Assembly (NCBI GenBank): GCA_003568415.1
Contig: PWXV01000336.1
Coordinates: forward strand, 69,774-133,773
Source: Ignavibacteriales bacterium
Lineage (GTDB): Bacteria > Bacteroidota > Ignavibacteria > T3Sed10-11
Reading direction: 5' to 3'
Length of the DNA: 64,000 nucleotides
The notes under the pieces were generated by a model. The model searched no databases and was not told the origin of the DNA. It saw only the letters and a list, made by a program, of their open reading frames with translations. Shown in pieces: positions 29,304-38,935 of the stretch; the stretch's first letter is position 1; each line of letters opens with the position of its first letter. A program made the position numbers and the translations under genes.

Positions 29304-30972
29304 AGTTGCCGGTGCAGCGATGATGCTTTTTCTGCTCTCCAATTTTCTGGTTGTACACACCAATAAAGCGGGAGATCACAGCGATGCTTTCGATATGGTA
29401 ATGCGGGGCGCATCCATTCAGGAGGCATATGCTCATCAACAAAAATGTGGATTGCCCTTTTTTGCAGAGGTAAAAAACAACTGGGATAAACTTAGTGCTC
29501 TTCAGCAACAGGAGTTCCAGGAACAATTCAGCAGACCCGAGACCGATACCTATACCGTCAGTTCGAGCGGCTTCTTTCGCATCCACTATGATACCAGTGG
29601 AACGCATGCTCCTGATTTAACCGATAACGGTGGAAACGGGATTCCGGACTATATCGACTCTGCTGCTGTGGCATTTGATAAATCCTACAATTATCACATC
29701 AATATACTCGGTTACGAGTCACCCGAGGAGTATGGTTCTGTTGATCCTGTAACAAATGATACCATCCGATACGATGTGTATGTTCAAAATCTGATGTCGG
29801 GTATTTATGGTGAGACCAGATGGTTTGGAGACAGAATCAATGACGAAGAAGAACGTGTTCCGCGGTATCGAACATACATACTGGTTCATAATTCATATGC
29901 CGGATTCCCGTCACCGGGTATTAAAGGATTACAAGTTACGGCTGCTCACGAATTCCATCATGCTATACAAATAGGTTCGTACGGTAACTGGTTAGAGCTG
30001 GATTCACAAAATTCAAGGTTTTTTTATGAAATAACATCGACTTGGCTTGAGGATGTTGTTTATCCTGAAATTAATGACTATCTATATTATCTTCCGGTTA
30101 TATTTACGAATACGGTTTATAATTTCCCGTTTTACCATAGTGTTGGATTGCATATGTATGCCCGGGCTATCTGGGGACATATGATGGAACGCAGGTATGA
30201 CAGGGATATAATGCGCACAAAATGGGAGTATATTAGGAATATGCACCCACTTGAAGCGATAAACAAGGCGTTGCGGGATCAGGGATCGACTTTGGAACAG
30301 GAACTTGCAGAATTTAATTTATGGAAATTTTATACCGGGACTCGGGCTCGTCCGGACAAATACTTTATTGACGGCGTCGAGTATCCAATGTTGCAAGAAA
30401 AATCCAATATGACTCATATCAGTGAAACTATGTTTCGGGGGGTCGATGAATCGACCCAGACATTACATTTTCATTCAATTATGACACAGGAGCAGGAAAA
30501 AGTTTATTTTATTGTATCGAATGTGGATAAAGCGGTTAATACCGAAAATAATTTCTATGAGTTAACTATCGTATCACAACCCCGAGCGAACGCAATTGAA
30601 CTCGGTAACGATTTATGGTATCGGTTTGAAGCAAACAACCGGTCGACCTGGAAAGTTATCCCACTGTATACCGGCACCCCCGTCGTCGATGAGCGTGTAA
30701 CGATGTATCCAAACCCGTTCCGAACAGGTCAGGCATCATCATTGACGTTTGTACTCGATACGGATGATGATGTACGCTTATCAATATTCTCGAGTGATAT
30801 GCGTCTTGTTTATCAGGATTATATTGAACGGTCTCAGGCATTTGGCAGAACGGTGTATCGGTGGGATGGACGTGACGATCGTGACCGTCAGGTTGCGAGC
30901 GGTGTTTATGTATATGTTTTAGAATATGATGACACAGTAACCAAAGGAAAAGTAACAATTATCCGGGAATAA
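29293..30972 (+). CDS. secreted zinc metalloprotease (MXAN_6640-like) with T9SS/FlgD-Ig C-terminal domain
   Basis: Signal peptide from ATG 29293, FRIHYD..NGIPDYID, TAAHEFHHAIQ, C-terminal YPNPF..WDGRD..VASGVY; the ORF-track start 29080 lies inside the upstream gene. Confidence 0.8.
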   Translation: MSTRVAGAAMMLFLLSNFLVVHTNKAGDHSDAFDMVMRGASIQEAYAHQQKCGLPFFAEVKNNWDKLSALQQQEFQEQFSRPETDTYTVSSSGFFRIHYDTSGTHAPDLTDNGGNGIPDYIDSAAVAFDKSYNYHINILGYESPEEYGSVDPVTNDTIRYDVYVQNLMSGIYGETRWFGDRINDEEERVPRYRTYILVHNSYAGFPSPGIKGLQVTAAHEFHHAIQIGSYGNWLELDSQNSRFFYEITSTWLEDVVYPEINDYLYYLPVIFTNTVYNFPFYHSVGLHMYARAIWGHMMERRYDRDIMRTKWEYIRNMHPLEAINKALRDQGSTLEQELAEFNLWKFYTGTRARPDKYFIDGVEYPMLQEKSNMTHISETMFRGVDESTQTLHFHSIMTQEQEKVYFIVSNVDKAVNTENNFYELTIVSQPRANAIELGNDLWYRFEANNRSTWKVIPLYTGTPVVDERVTMYPNPFRTGQASSLTFVLDTDDDVRLSIFSSDMRLVYQDYIERSQAFGRTVYRWDGRDDRDRQVASGVYVYVLEYDDTVTKGKVTIIRE

Positions 30973-31674
30973 ATGAATTCAGTACATTTACAGCTTGAGA
31001 ATGTTCGAAAAGAATTCTCACGCCGTATCATATTCGACAAGATTAATTTTGAACTGACCAATGGTAATTCAATTGCAATTACCGGTATAAACGGTTCCGG
31101 TAAATCTACGCTTGTTAAGATCATTGCGGGTATACTATCACCAACCCGGGGAATAGTGACATTAACCGTGAACGGGAAAGAAATGAAACTAGAGCAGTAC
31201 CATAATTATATCGGTTTTGTAGCACCTTATATTCAAATGTATGATGAATTCAGTGCATATGAAAATCTGAAATTTTTTGCCCGTATTCGCGGTATGCATT
31301 TTGATGCCGGGTATGCAGACCAATTGCTCGACCGCATTGTCCTTTATTCGCGACGAAATGACGCGGTCCGTACATACTCCAGTGGTATGAAGCAGCGATT
31401 AAAATATGCCTTTGCATTGTTGCATAAACCGGAGATATTGATATTCGATGAGCCACGTGCTAATCTCGACCGGCATGGTATTGCAACCGTGTATTCGATT
31501 ATGGAAGAAAATAAACCGGAATCTGTCATCATCCTTGCAACCAATGATGAGGAAGATCTTTCCCATGTGGAAACTATAATTAATCTCGACGAATTAAAAG
31601 AACAACAGAAATCGGAAAAACAAATGAGATCTTCAGCAAGGTCGAAACAGCCATCGACCGAAGTGGCCAAATAA
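30973..31674 (+). CDS. ccmA: heme exporter ATPase CcmA
   Basis: GINGSGKST, YSSGMKQR, IFDEP; directly upstream of ccmB. Confidence 0.85.
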   Translation: MNSVHLQLENVRKEFSRRIIFDKINFELTNGNSIAITGINGSGKSTLVKIIAGILSPTRGIVTLTVNGKEMKLEQYHNYIGFVAPYIQMYDEFSAYENLKFFARIRGMHFDAGYADQLLDRIVLYSRRNDAVRTYSSGMKQRLKYAFALLHKPEILIFDEPRANLDRHGIATVYSIMEENKPESVIILATNDEEDLSHVETIINLDELKEQQKSEKQMRSSARSKQPSTEVAK

Positions 31675-31676
31675 CT

Positions 31677-32348
31677 ATGCTCTATATACAACAGACAGCA
31701 GCGGTGTTTATAAAAGATTTTAAATCTGAATTGCGTACTCGATATGCAATAAACGCCCTCGTAATGTTTGTGATCACAACACTCTCGATCATACTTTTCT
31801 CAATAGGCGGTGAGCGGGTTTCACCGGATGTTCTTGCCGGAATGTTATGGGTGGTCATATTCTTCTCGGCGATGTCGGGTTTATCGCGATCGTTTGTGAG
31901 TGAGGAGGAGCGCGGTACAACTATGACGCTTCAGTTGCTGGCACAACCAGCAATTATCTATTTTGGTAAATTGGTATTTAATCTGGTACTCATTTTTTCG
32001 ATTAACACACTCGTTGTAACACTATATTTATTGTTGATCCCACTGTTTACGGTTCAGACGACCAGTATATTTTTATTGACGCTTTTTCTCGGAAGTTTCG
32101 GCCTGGCATGTGCCTCAACAATCATAGCGGCAATCATTGCAAAGGCAAATTCCAAAGGAACGCTTTACCCGGTGCTTTCATTCCCGATATTACTACCACT
32201 TTTAATGACTGTTATGAACGCTACCAAATTATCACTTGACGGAGCACCCCTGAGCGAAGCAGCCGGAGAATTTCGCGTCCTTGTGTCATATTCTGTCGTT
32301 TTGATAGCCGTTTCGTGGGTTTTATTTGACTATGTCTGGAAGGATTGA
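31677..32348 (+). CDS. ccmB: heme exporter permease CcmB
   Basis: KDFKSELRTR, SFVSEEERGT, LYPVLSFPILLP, 6 TMs. Confidence 0.9.
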   Translation: MLYIQQTAAVFIKDFKSELRTRYAINALVMFVITTLSIILFSIGGERVSPDVLAGMLWVVIFFSAMSGLSRSFVSEEERGTTMTLQLLAQPAIIYFGKLVFNLVLIFSINTLVVTLYLLLIPLFTVQTTSIFLLTLFLGSFGLACASTIIAAIIAKANSKGTLYPVLSFPILLPLLMTVMNATKLSLDGAPLSEAAGEFRVLVSYSVVLIAVSWVLFDYVWKD

Positions 32349-32532
32349 TATTGCCTTATTGATAAGGTTTTCTTATTTTTAAAATAATATAAGACTCAGA
32401 GTTCCAATTTATAAGATTTTAGAGGCGTAATTTGAAAAAAGTTCCCTTAATTTGCCGAAATTTTCGACACCAATATGGCACAACATTTGATATTATATAT
32501 GTTGTAATTTTCAACACTGGAGGATTAGGGTT

Positions 32533-33246
32533 TTGAAAGGTAAATTCTGGAAGATTTTTTTGGGTGTCTGGTTGTCGATAGTGATCATTGTAGGGATGTC
32601 TCTCCCGATGGTGCCATCACCGCAATCATTTTTTGAATTCCCCATAATTCCGGGTCTCGATGAAAAAGCCCGTATCATTTTCTTCCATGTCCCAACGGCA
32701 TGGATTGCTGTGATAGCATTTTTGATGTCGATGATTAATGGCATTCAATACCTCCGGAAGAACGATTTAATATACGATGTCAGGTCATCTTCGGCTGCCG
32801 GGCTCGGATTGGTGTTTTGTATACTTGCAACAATTACCGGTGCCATCTGGGCAAAATTTAACTGGGGTGCATATTGGAATTGGGATCCCCGGCAAACGAG
32901 TATTTTTGTATTGATGTTAATCTACGGTGCATACTTTGCCCTGCGATCAGCCATCGATATTGATGAAAAACGCGCGAGTTTGTCGGCCGCTTATTCCATT
33001 ATCGCATTTGTTACAGTTCCGTTTTTGGTTTTTATTATGCCGAGAATGATGACCGGATTGCATCCCGGATCGGCGAGCGATGACGGTGCGGGCCCAGTTG
33101 TTGATTTCAGTATGGATACGACAATGTATATTGTATTTATTGCATCACTCCTTGGTTTCACGTTGTTGTATTTATGGATGTATGAACTGAAAGTTCGTCT
33201 GGGGAAAATTGAATTGTATTATGAATCACTTCGTTCTCACGATTAG
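32533..33246 (+). CDS. ccmC: cytochrome c biogenesis protein CcmC
   Basis: IIFFHVP, WWD domain WAKFNWGAYWNWDPRQT, LHP; TTG start with GGAGG RBS. Confidence 0.93.
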   Translation: MKGKFWKIFLGVWLSIVIIVGMSLPMVPSPQSFFEFPIIPGLDEKARIIFFHVPTAWIAVIAFLMSMINGIQYLRKNDLIYDVRSSSAAGLGLVFCILATITGAIWAKFNWGAYWNWDPRQTSIFVLMLIYGAYFALRSAIDIDEKRASLSAAYSIIAFVTVPFLVFIMPRMMTGLHPGSASDDGAGPVVDFSMDTTMYIVFIASLLGFTLLYLWMYELKVRLGKIELYYESLRSHD

Positions 33247-33256
33247 GAGGTATTGA

Positions 33257-33421
33257 TTGGAATCATTGTATGAATTTCTTGACAAGCACGATATATATAT
33301 TGTATTAGTCATTGTGCTTGTTATCTGGTTGTTGTTATATTTTTATTTATTTGCGCTGGATAAAAAAATTAAAAAAATAGAAGAATCAACGGACAGTAGC
33401 AGCGGCAGTAAAAATAATTAG
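33257..33421 (+). CDS. ccmD: CcmD family small membrane protein, 54 aa (not in ORF track)
   Basis: AGGAGG 6 nt before TTG; MESLYEFLDKHDIYIVLVIVLVIWLLLYFYLFALDKKIKKIEE...; single TM plus basic/charged tail, between ccmC and ccmE. Confidence 0.85.
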   Translation: MESLYEFLDKHDIYIVLVIVLVIWLLLYFYLFALDKKIKKIEESTDSSSGSKNN

Positions 33422-33446
33422 TTTTACTAATATAAGGAGTGCGGGT

Positions 33447-33863
33447 ATGAACGCAAAAGCAATTGTAGCAGGTGTCATTATAGTAATATTCCTGATATTC
33501 GGTGCGTGGTCGTTCCTCGAGAGTAATGTTGAGTATACTAACTTCCAGGATGCCTACGAGACCGGTCGTACCGTTCAGGTGGAAGGCACCTGGGTAGAAG
33601 AAAAAGGTGATGAGTATAATGCCGACAGGAATGAGTTTATATTCTATATGGCAGACAAAAACGGACAGGTAGTCCGTGTCGTGCTTGAAGGTCCCCGTCC
33701 GAATAACTTCGAGATTGCAACCAGCGTGGTTGCACGCGGTCAGTTTGTGTCCGAAGATGAATTCCGGTCGACAAACGTTTTAACAAAATGTCCCTCAAAA
33801 TATGAAGGAACCGCAGAAGAGATGATGGGAGCGTCGTCGTCTGATGGTCAATATTATGAATAA
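33447..33863 (+). CDS. ccmE: heme chaperone CcmE, CxxxY variant
   Basis: N-terminal TM, PNNFE...VVARG, VLTKCPSKY. Confidence 0.92.
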   Translation: MNAKAIVAGVIIVIFLIFGAWSFLESNVEYTNFQDAYETGRTVQVEGTWVEEKGDEYNADRNEFIFYMADKNGQVVRVVLEGPRPNNFEIATSVVARGQFVSEDEFRSTNVLTKCPSKYEGTAEEMMGASSSDGQYYE

Positions 33864-33904
33864 GCCGCGTGATGAACGGGGTGCTTGATTAATAAGGAGG
33901 ATAA

Positions 33905-36205
33905 ATGATAGGCAGTTATATTATTAACATTGCATTTCTCGGGATTATAGTTTCGCTTGTTGCATACTATATTTCTTTCAGAAATAATAACGAAAAGTTT
34001 TTAACGTATGCCCGCATCGGGTATCATACATCAGTCGTCGGCCTGATGGTCGCGTCGGCAATATTGATGTATCTTATTTTAACACATCAGTTTCAGTATA
34101 CCTACGTCTGGAGCTATAGCTCTATGGCCCTCCCTACCGGACTATTGGCGGCATCCTTCTGGGCAGGACAGGAAGGTAGTTTTCTGATCTGGGCACTGAT
34201 AGCAGGGTTTGTTGGTGTGTTCCTGATGTCCTACTCATCGAATAAAGGATATGAAGGACAATTGATGTTTGTCTATTCAATGATTGTCGGTGTATTGTTG
34301 CTTATGCTGATTGTCAAAGATCCTTTCCTTCGCGTATGGGAATCATTTCCCGGGCAGGTTGAAAAAGGATTTATGCCGGCCGACGGACGCGGTATGAACC
34401 CGCTGCTCCAGAATTACTGGATGGTTATTCATCCGCCGGTATTATTTGTCGGTTTTGCTGCTATGGGAGCTACCTACGCTTTTGCTGTAGCTGCACTTCT
34501 TAAAAAAGATTACACACACTGGGTCAGACCCGCTACTCCCTGGTTTGCATTCGGTGTTTTATCCCTCGGTTTGGGAATTATGCTCGGTGGCTACTGGGCG
34601 TACGAAACACTCGGTTGGGGCGGTTACTGGGCGTGGGACCCGGTTGAGAATTCATCATTGGTACCATGGTTGATCGGACTTGCTGCCTTACATACGATGC
34701 TTGCACAACGTCGCAGCGGTGCTTTCGTTCGAACAAACCTGGTACTCGGTATCTTTACATTTGTGCTTGTTTTATACAGCACCTTCCTTACCCGAAGCGG
34801 AGTTTTGGGTGCAACATCGGTTCACTCCTTCGTTGAACCGGGATGGATGGCATATATTCTATTGTTATCGTTTATAATCTTCTTCGGTGGATTCGGCTTA
34901 CTATTGTTATTTCTTCGAATGCGTGAAATGCCGAGTGTCCCGATTGAATATAATTATATGTCGCGAGAATTTGCCCTCTTTCTTGGTGCTGCGGCATTAA
35001 TTTTCATCGCATTGTTTACTATCGTTGGAACATCTTCACCAATAATCACCAACTTGATTAAAGGTCAGGTGAGTGCTGTTGACATCTCATTCTACGAGCA
35101 AACCACTACACCGTTCGGTATAGCCGTTGCATTTCTTGCAGGGTTTGCACAAATATTGTGGTGGAAATCATCGAAGGCGAGAAATATTCTGCGGAATATG
35201 ATTCCCGGACTTTTCATATCCGCCATTGCAACAGGCGTGATGATTGTAATCGGGTTGACATCCATTATGATGATCTTGTTAACTTTTGCAGCATGGTTCG
35301 TCCTTGTCGTGAATGTTCAGATGGCTGTTAAGATCGGAAAGAACAATCCCCGCTTTGTCGGCGGTGCCGTCGCGCACATTGGTGTTGGTTTATTGTTCCT
35401 TGGTTTTATCACGACGGCGATGTATGATAAGCAGCAGACAATTCAGCTTGTTGAAGGTGAACCGGTTGAAGCACTTGGGTATACCTTAACCTATACCGGT
35501 TATTCTCCTGCCGGTCACGAGCGATGGGCGTTCAACGTTACTGCAGAACGTGAAGGCAGGACAATTAATCTGGCTCCGGTTATGTATCAAAGTGATTTCA
35601 ATAACAGCCTGATCAGAAATCCCGATATTGTGAACCGGTTAACGTTCGATTTTTATCTTGCTCCTCTCGGTTTGGATTCAAAGGAAGTAGACGGTATTGC
35701 CGGGAGTACTCATACCTTACAACGAGGCAGGGAAAAAAACATTGAAGATTACACGATAACATTTGTCGGCTTTGATATGGATAGTGACCAACACGTGATG
35801 GGTAGCTCGAACGAAATGGTAATCGGTGTGGATCTGGATGTTTCATATAATGGAGAGATTGAGCGTGTTGTACCTGAAATTGTAAACCGGGCTGGCGAAA
35901 TGGATTTTCGACCGGCTATGACATCGGATGCTTCGCTTGAATTTAATGTTGTATCGATTCGACCGGATCAGGATAACCCTGACCGATCGAGTGTTACACT
36001 TGACATCCGGAAAGGCGGCACTCAGCTCACCGGTACCGGTCCGGCAAAAACGCAGGATGTCCTGATTGTTGAGGCTAGCATTCAGCCATACATTAACCTG
36101 GTATGGGTTGGTACTATTTTAGCATCAATCGGATTGCTGATTACTATCATCCGGCGTGCGAACGAAGCCAGACCGAAGAATGTTGAGTCATGGTCGGCCC
36201 AATAG
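33905..36205 (+). CDS. ccmF: cytochrome c heme lyase CcmF
   Basis: WAGQEGS, MNPLLQNYWMVIHPP, WGGYWAWDPVENSS, FLTRSG, SVHSF. Confidence 0.95.
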   Translation: MIGSYIINIAFLGIIVSLVAYYISFRNNNEKFLTYARIGYHTSVVGLMVASAILMYLILTHQFQYTYVWSYSSMALPTGLLAASFWAGQEGSFLIWALIAGFVGVFLMSYSSNKGYEGQLMFVYSMIVGVLLLMLIVKDPFLRVWESFPGQVEKGFMPADGRGMNPLLQNYWMVIHPPVLFVGFAAMGATYAFAVAALLKKDYTHWVRPATPWFAFGVLSLGLGIMLGGYWAYETLGWGGYWAWDPVENSSLVPWLIGLAALHTMLAQRRSGAFVRTNLVLGIFTFVLVLYSTFLTRSGVLGATSVHSFVEPGWMAYILLLSFIIFFGGFGLLLLFLRMREMPSVPIEYNYMSREFALFLGAAALIFIALFTIVGTSSPIITNLIKGQVSAVDISFYEQTTTPFGIAVAFLAGFAQILWWKSSKARNILRNMIPGLFISAIATGVMIVIGLTSIMMILLTFAAWFVLVVNVQMAVKIGKNNPRFVGGAVAHIGVGLLFLGFITTAMYDKQQTIQLVEGEPVEALGYTLTYTGYSPAGHERWAFNVTAEREGRTINLAPVMYQSDFNNSLIRNPDIVNRLTFDFYLAPLGLDSKEVDGIAGSTHTLQRGREKNIEDYTITFVGFDMDSDQHVMGSSNEMVIGVDLDVSYNGEIERVVPEIVNRAGEMDFRPAMTSDASLEFNVVSIRPDQDNPDRSSVTLDIRKGGTQLTGTGPAKTQDVLIVEASIQPYINLVWVGTILASIGLLITIIRRANEARPKNVESWSAQ

Positions 36206-36266
36206 ACCATTGGTGTAATCATTGACGGACAGCACTTTATGTCCATGAGGTTAGCTTATTAATTTC

Positions 36267-36303
36267 AAACCCCGTATATTTTGTAGGTATGCGGGGTTTT
36301 TTT
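36267..36303 (+). terminator. intrinsic terminator after ccmF
   Basis: AAACCCCGTATA...TATGCGGGGTTT stem ending in a 7-T tract. Confidence 0.8.
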
Positions 36304-36352
36304 ATGCATATTATGAATCAAAAAATTATCGGGTAAGCATAACAGGGTAGTA

Positions 36353-36769
36353 ATGAATCGCAAAATTTACTTTGCCGGCTCTATTAGTGGTGGGAGAAAT
36401 GATATAGAATTGTATCAGGCACTAATTCGCCATCTGGATCTATATGGTACAGTGCTTACAGAACATATCGGTAATCAAAATATGACAAATTTAGGAGAAG
36501 ATACTATTGCAGATAGGGAAATATATCAGAGAGATATAGCATGGATTCGTGAAGCGGATGTTGTCATCGCTGAAGTTTCAACTCCCTCGCTCGGTGTAGG
36601 ATATGAAATAAGTAAAGCAGAAGAGCTGAGTAAACCTGTGTTATGCTTATACAGGGATCGGGAAAACCACAGATTATCCGCAATGGTAGCCGGTAATCCA
36701 AAACTTACTATTGCACGATATACAAGATTAGAAGATGCGATAAAAACTATTGATGCATTTTTCGAGTAA
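36353..36769 (+). CDS. nucleoside 2-deoxyribosyltransferase / Rcl (DNPH1)-like dNMP N-hydrolase
   Basis: KIYFAGSISGGR, VLTEHI, IYQRDIAW, PSLGVGYEI, LSAMVAG. Confidence 0.85.
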   Translation: MNRKIYFAGSISGGRNDIELYQALIRHLDLYGTVLTEHIGNQNMTNLGEDTIADREIYQRDIAWIREADVVIAEVSTPSLGVGYEISKAEELSKPVLCLYRDRENHRLSAMVAGNPKLTIARYTRLEDAIKTIDAFFE

Positions 36770-36781
36770 GAGGAGAATCCC

Positions 36782-37678
36782 ATGCGTATTCCGGCATTCC
36801 GTGGTCTTAGCCTGTATGAACTGGCAAAGCGCTCAGTTACCTATTACCTTCAAAATGATATGTTGACCTATGCAGCGGCTCTTGCTTTTCAGGCACTCTT
36901 TTCTATTTTTCCCTTTCTGATTGTTCTTATTGCATTGCTGGGCTTTTTCGATATGATGCAATTCTTTGATTGGGTGCGGCAACAAATGAGTTTATTACTT
37001 CCCGATGAAGCGATGGCGCAAGTTGATATGGTTATCGAAGAAGTACAGCAGCCGCGCGGTGGATTACTCTCAATTGGTTTGATCGTGGCGCTCTGGGTTG
37101 CATCGGGGGCGATGCGGGTTACTATTAACGCTCTCAATGTAGTATATAAAGTCAAAGAGGGAAGACCCTTCTGGAAATTATATCCTCTCTCGATTTTATA
37201 TACCCTTTGTATTGCAGGTATGCTGATTGCTGCCGCTATTCTGATGGTATTGGGCCCGCAGATTATGCAATGGTTGGCCGAGCAGATCGGGATAGAAAAA
37301 TTTTTCGTAACACTATGGACGTGGCTTCGTCTGCCTGTTGCATTAATTTTATTTATGGTTGCCGTTGCTTTTGTATACTATATAGCGCCGGATGTTGAAC
37401 AGAAAATACGATTTATTACACCGGGATCAATACTGTCGGTTCTGGTGTGGATACTTACTTCAATGGGGTTTGGCTTTTATATACAGAATTTTGCAGATTA
37501 TAGCGCTGTATATGGCAGTATAGGTACGGTAATAGTTCTGATGATGTATTTTTATATTTCAGCTGCAGTATTGCTTTTTGGTGCTGAAGTGAATGCTGTC
37601 ATTGAAGATCAGTTGCCGTCAGGGAAAAATTTCGGTGAGAAAAAATTTCTGCGACGTAAAAAACCGGTAGCGAAATGA
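36782..37678 (+). CDS. YihY/virulence factor BrkB family membrane protein
   Basis: YAAALAFQALFSIFP, YSAVYGSIG, FGAEVNA. Confidence 0.9.
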   Translation: MRIPAFRGLSLYELAKRSVTYYLQNDMLTYAAALAFQALFSIFPFLIVLIALLGFFDMMQFFDWVRQQMSLLLPDEAMAQVDMVIEEVQQPRGGLLSIGLIVALWVASGAMRVTINALNVVYKVKEGRPFWKLYPLSILYTLCIAGMLIAAAILMVLGPQIMQWLAEQIGIEKFFVTLWTWLRLPVALILFMVAVAFVYYIAPDVEQKIRFITPGSILSVLVWILTSMGFGFYIQNFADYSAVYGSIGTVIVLMMYFYISAAVLLFGAEVNAVIEDQLPSGKNFGEKKFLRRKKPVAK

Positions 37679-38703
37679 AGAATAAATATGATGTAATCAT
37701 AGTCGGTGCCGGACCTGCCGGCTTAAACTGTGCCGAAAAATTGTCGCATGCAGGCTTGACTGTACTGATGGTGGAGCAAAAGGAAACTATAGGTTATAAA
37801 GTTTGTGCAGGAGGGCTAACAAAAAAAGATATTGAATATCTCCAAATTCCTTCAAGCTTGCTCGAGCAAGAATTCGATTCTATATCGTTTCATACGCCTT
37901 CCAAAAAAGTTGTAATACGGGGAAGGGAAAATATTTTGTATACCGTCGACCGGAAGAAGCTTGCGGAGTGGCAGTTACAAAAACTCCACTCTGGCTATGT
38001 TCACATAAAAACCGGTGTTCGTGTTACCGGTATCGAAAAGGATGGAATTATCCTGAATACTTCTGAAAAGGTGTATTATAGATATCTTGTCGGTTCCGAC
38101 GGGGCAACCTCGACCGTGAGAAAATCTCTTGGTCTGAAAGTAAATCAATACGCGGCGGCAGTGCAATATATAATTCCCGACTCAAATTACGAAGCTTTGG
38201 AAGTATTCTGTGATGCAAACTACTTTCATTCGTGGTATGCGTGGATTTTCCCCCACCGTGAATATGTTTCTGTCGGAATGATGTTCTGGCCGCAGTATTT
38301 AACCGCTGCTACTGCATTGAGTAACTTTAATCAATGGCTTGAAAAGAGGGAAATTGATGTCTCAACCGGACAATATCAGGCACATCCGATAAATTATGAG
38401 TATCAAGGATTTCATTTTGACAATATATTTTTAGCCGGTGATGCTGGAGGCTTTGCTTCAGGACTCACCGGTGAAGGTATCTACCAAGCACTCATTTCTG
38501 GCGAAATAGTTGCTCACACGATTATTGACGGTCATTATAATGATAAAGATTTGTCAGGTTTATTGAGGAAAAAAAATCTTCACGATAAAATCTTAAAATT
38601 ATTTCTAAAAGCAGGACGATGGCGAACTCAATTACATGAATTCATCGCCCTGCTTGTCAGGAATACTGCCGGACAACGATTGGCGCTCACGATTGTTACA
38701 TGA
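37675..38703 (+). CDS. geranylgeranyl reductase-family FAD oxidoreductase
   Basis: VGAGPAG, KVCAGGL, GSDGA, YAWIFP, AGDAGG..GLTGEGIYQA. Confidence 0.85.
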   Translation: MKNKYDVIIVGAGPAGLNCAEKLSHAGLTVLMVEQKETIGYKVCAGGLTKKDIEYLQIPSSLLEQEFDSISFHTPSKKVVIRGRENILYTVDRKKLAEWQLQKLHSGYVHIKTGVRVTGIEKDGIILNTSEKVYYRYLVGSDGATSTVRKSLGLKVNQYAAAVQYIIPDSNYEALEVFCDANYFHSWYAWIFPHREYVSVGMMFWPQYLTAATALSNFNQWLEKREIDVSTGQYQAHPINYEYQGFHFDNIFLAGDAGGFASGLTGEGIYQALISGEIVAHTIIDGHYNDKDLSGLLRKKNLHDKILKLFLKAGRWRTQLHEFIALLVRNTAGQRLALTIVT

Positions 38704-38706
38704 TCG

Positions 38707-38919
38707 TTATCCCGATATCATTGTATAACCTGCTTCGGCAATTTTTTGTTTCACATCTTCTTCATGTAAATCGTTTTCATGCGTGATAATAACTCGATTT
38801 TGCTCGAATGATGCTGTTGCCTCCTTGACGCCGGGTAATGTTTTAACGGCTTTGACAACTGCAGCTTCACAATGCCCGCAGGTCATTCCCTCAACGGTAA
38901 ATGTCGTTTTATTGCTCAT
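38707..38919 (-). CDS. copZ: copper chaperone CopZ
   Basis: VEGMTCGHC HMA motif, AEAGY; ATG 38919 preceded by GGAGGA. Confidence 0.9.
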   Translation of the reverse strand: MSNKTTFTVEGMTCGHCEAAVVKAVKTLPGVKEATASFEQNRVIITHENDLHEEDVKQKIAEAGYTMISG

Positions 38920-38935
38920 ATAATCCTCCAAATAT

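Noticed and set aside
32466-32505. Possible NrdR boxes upstream of ccmC
   Set aside because: Only a loose match and the downstream genes are unrelated to ribonucleotide reduction
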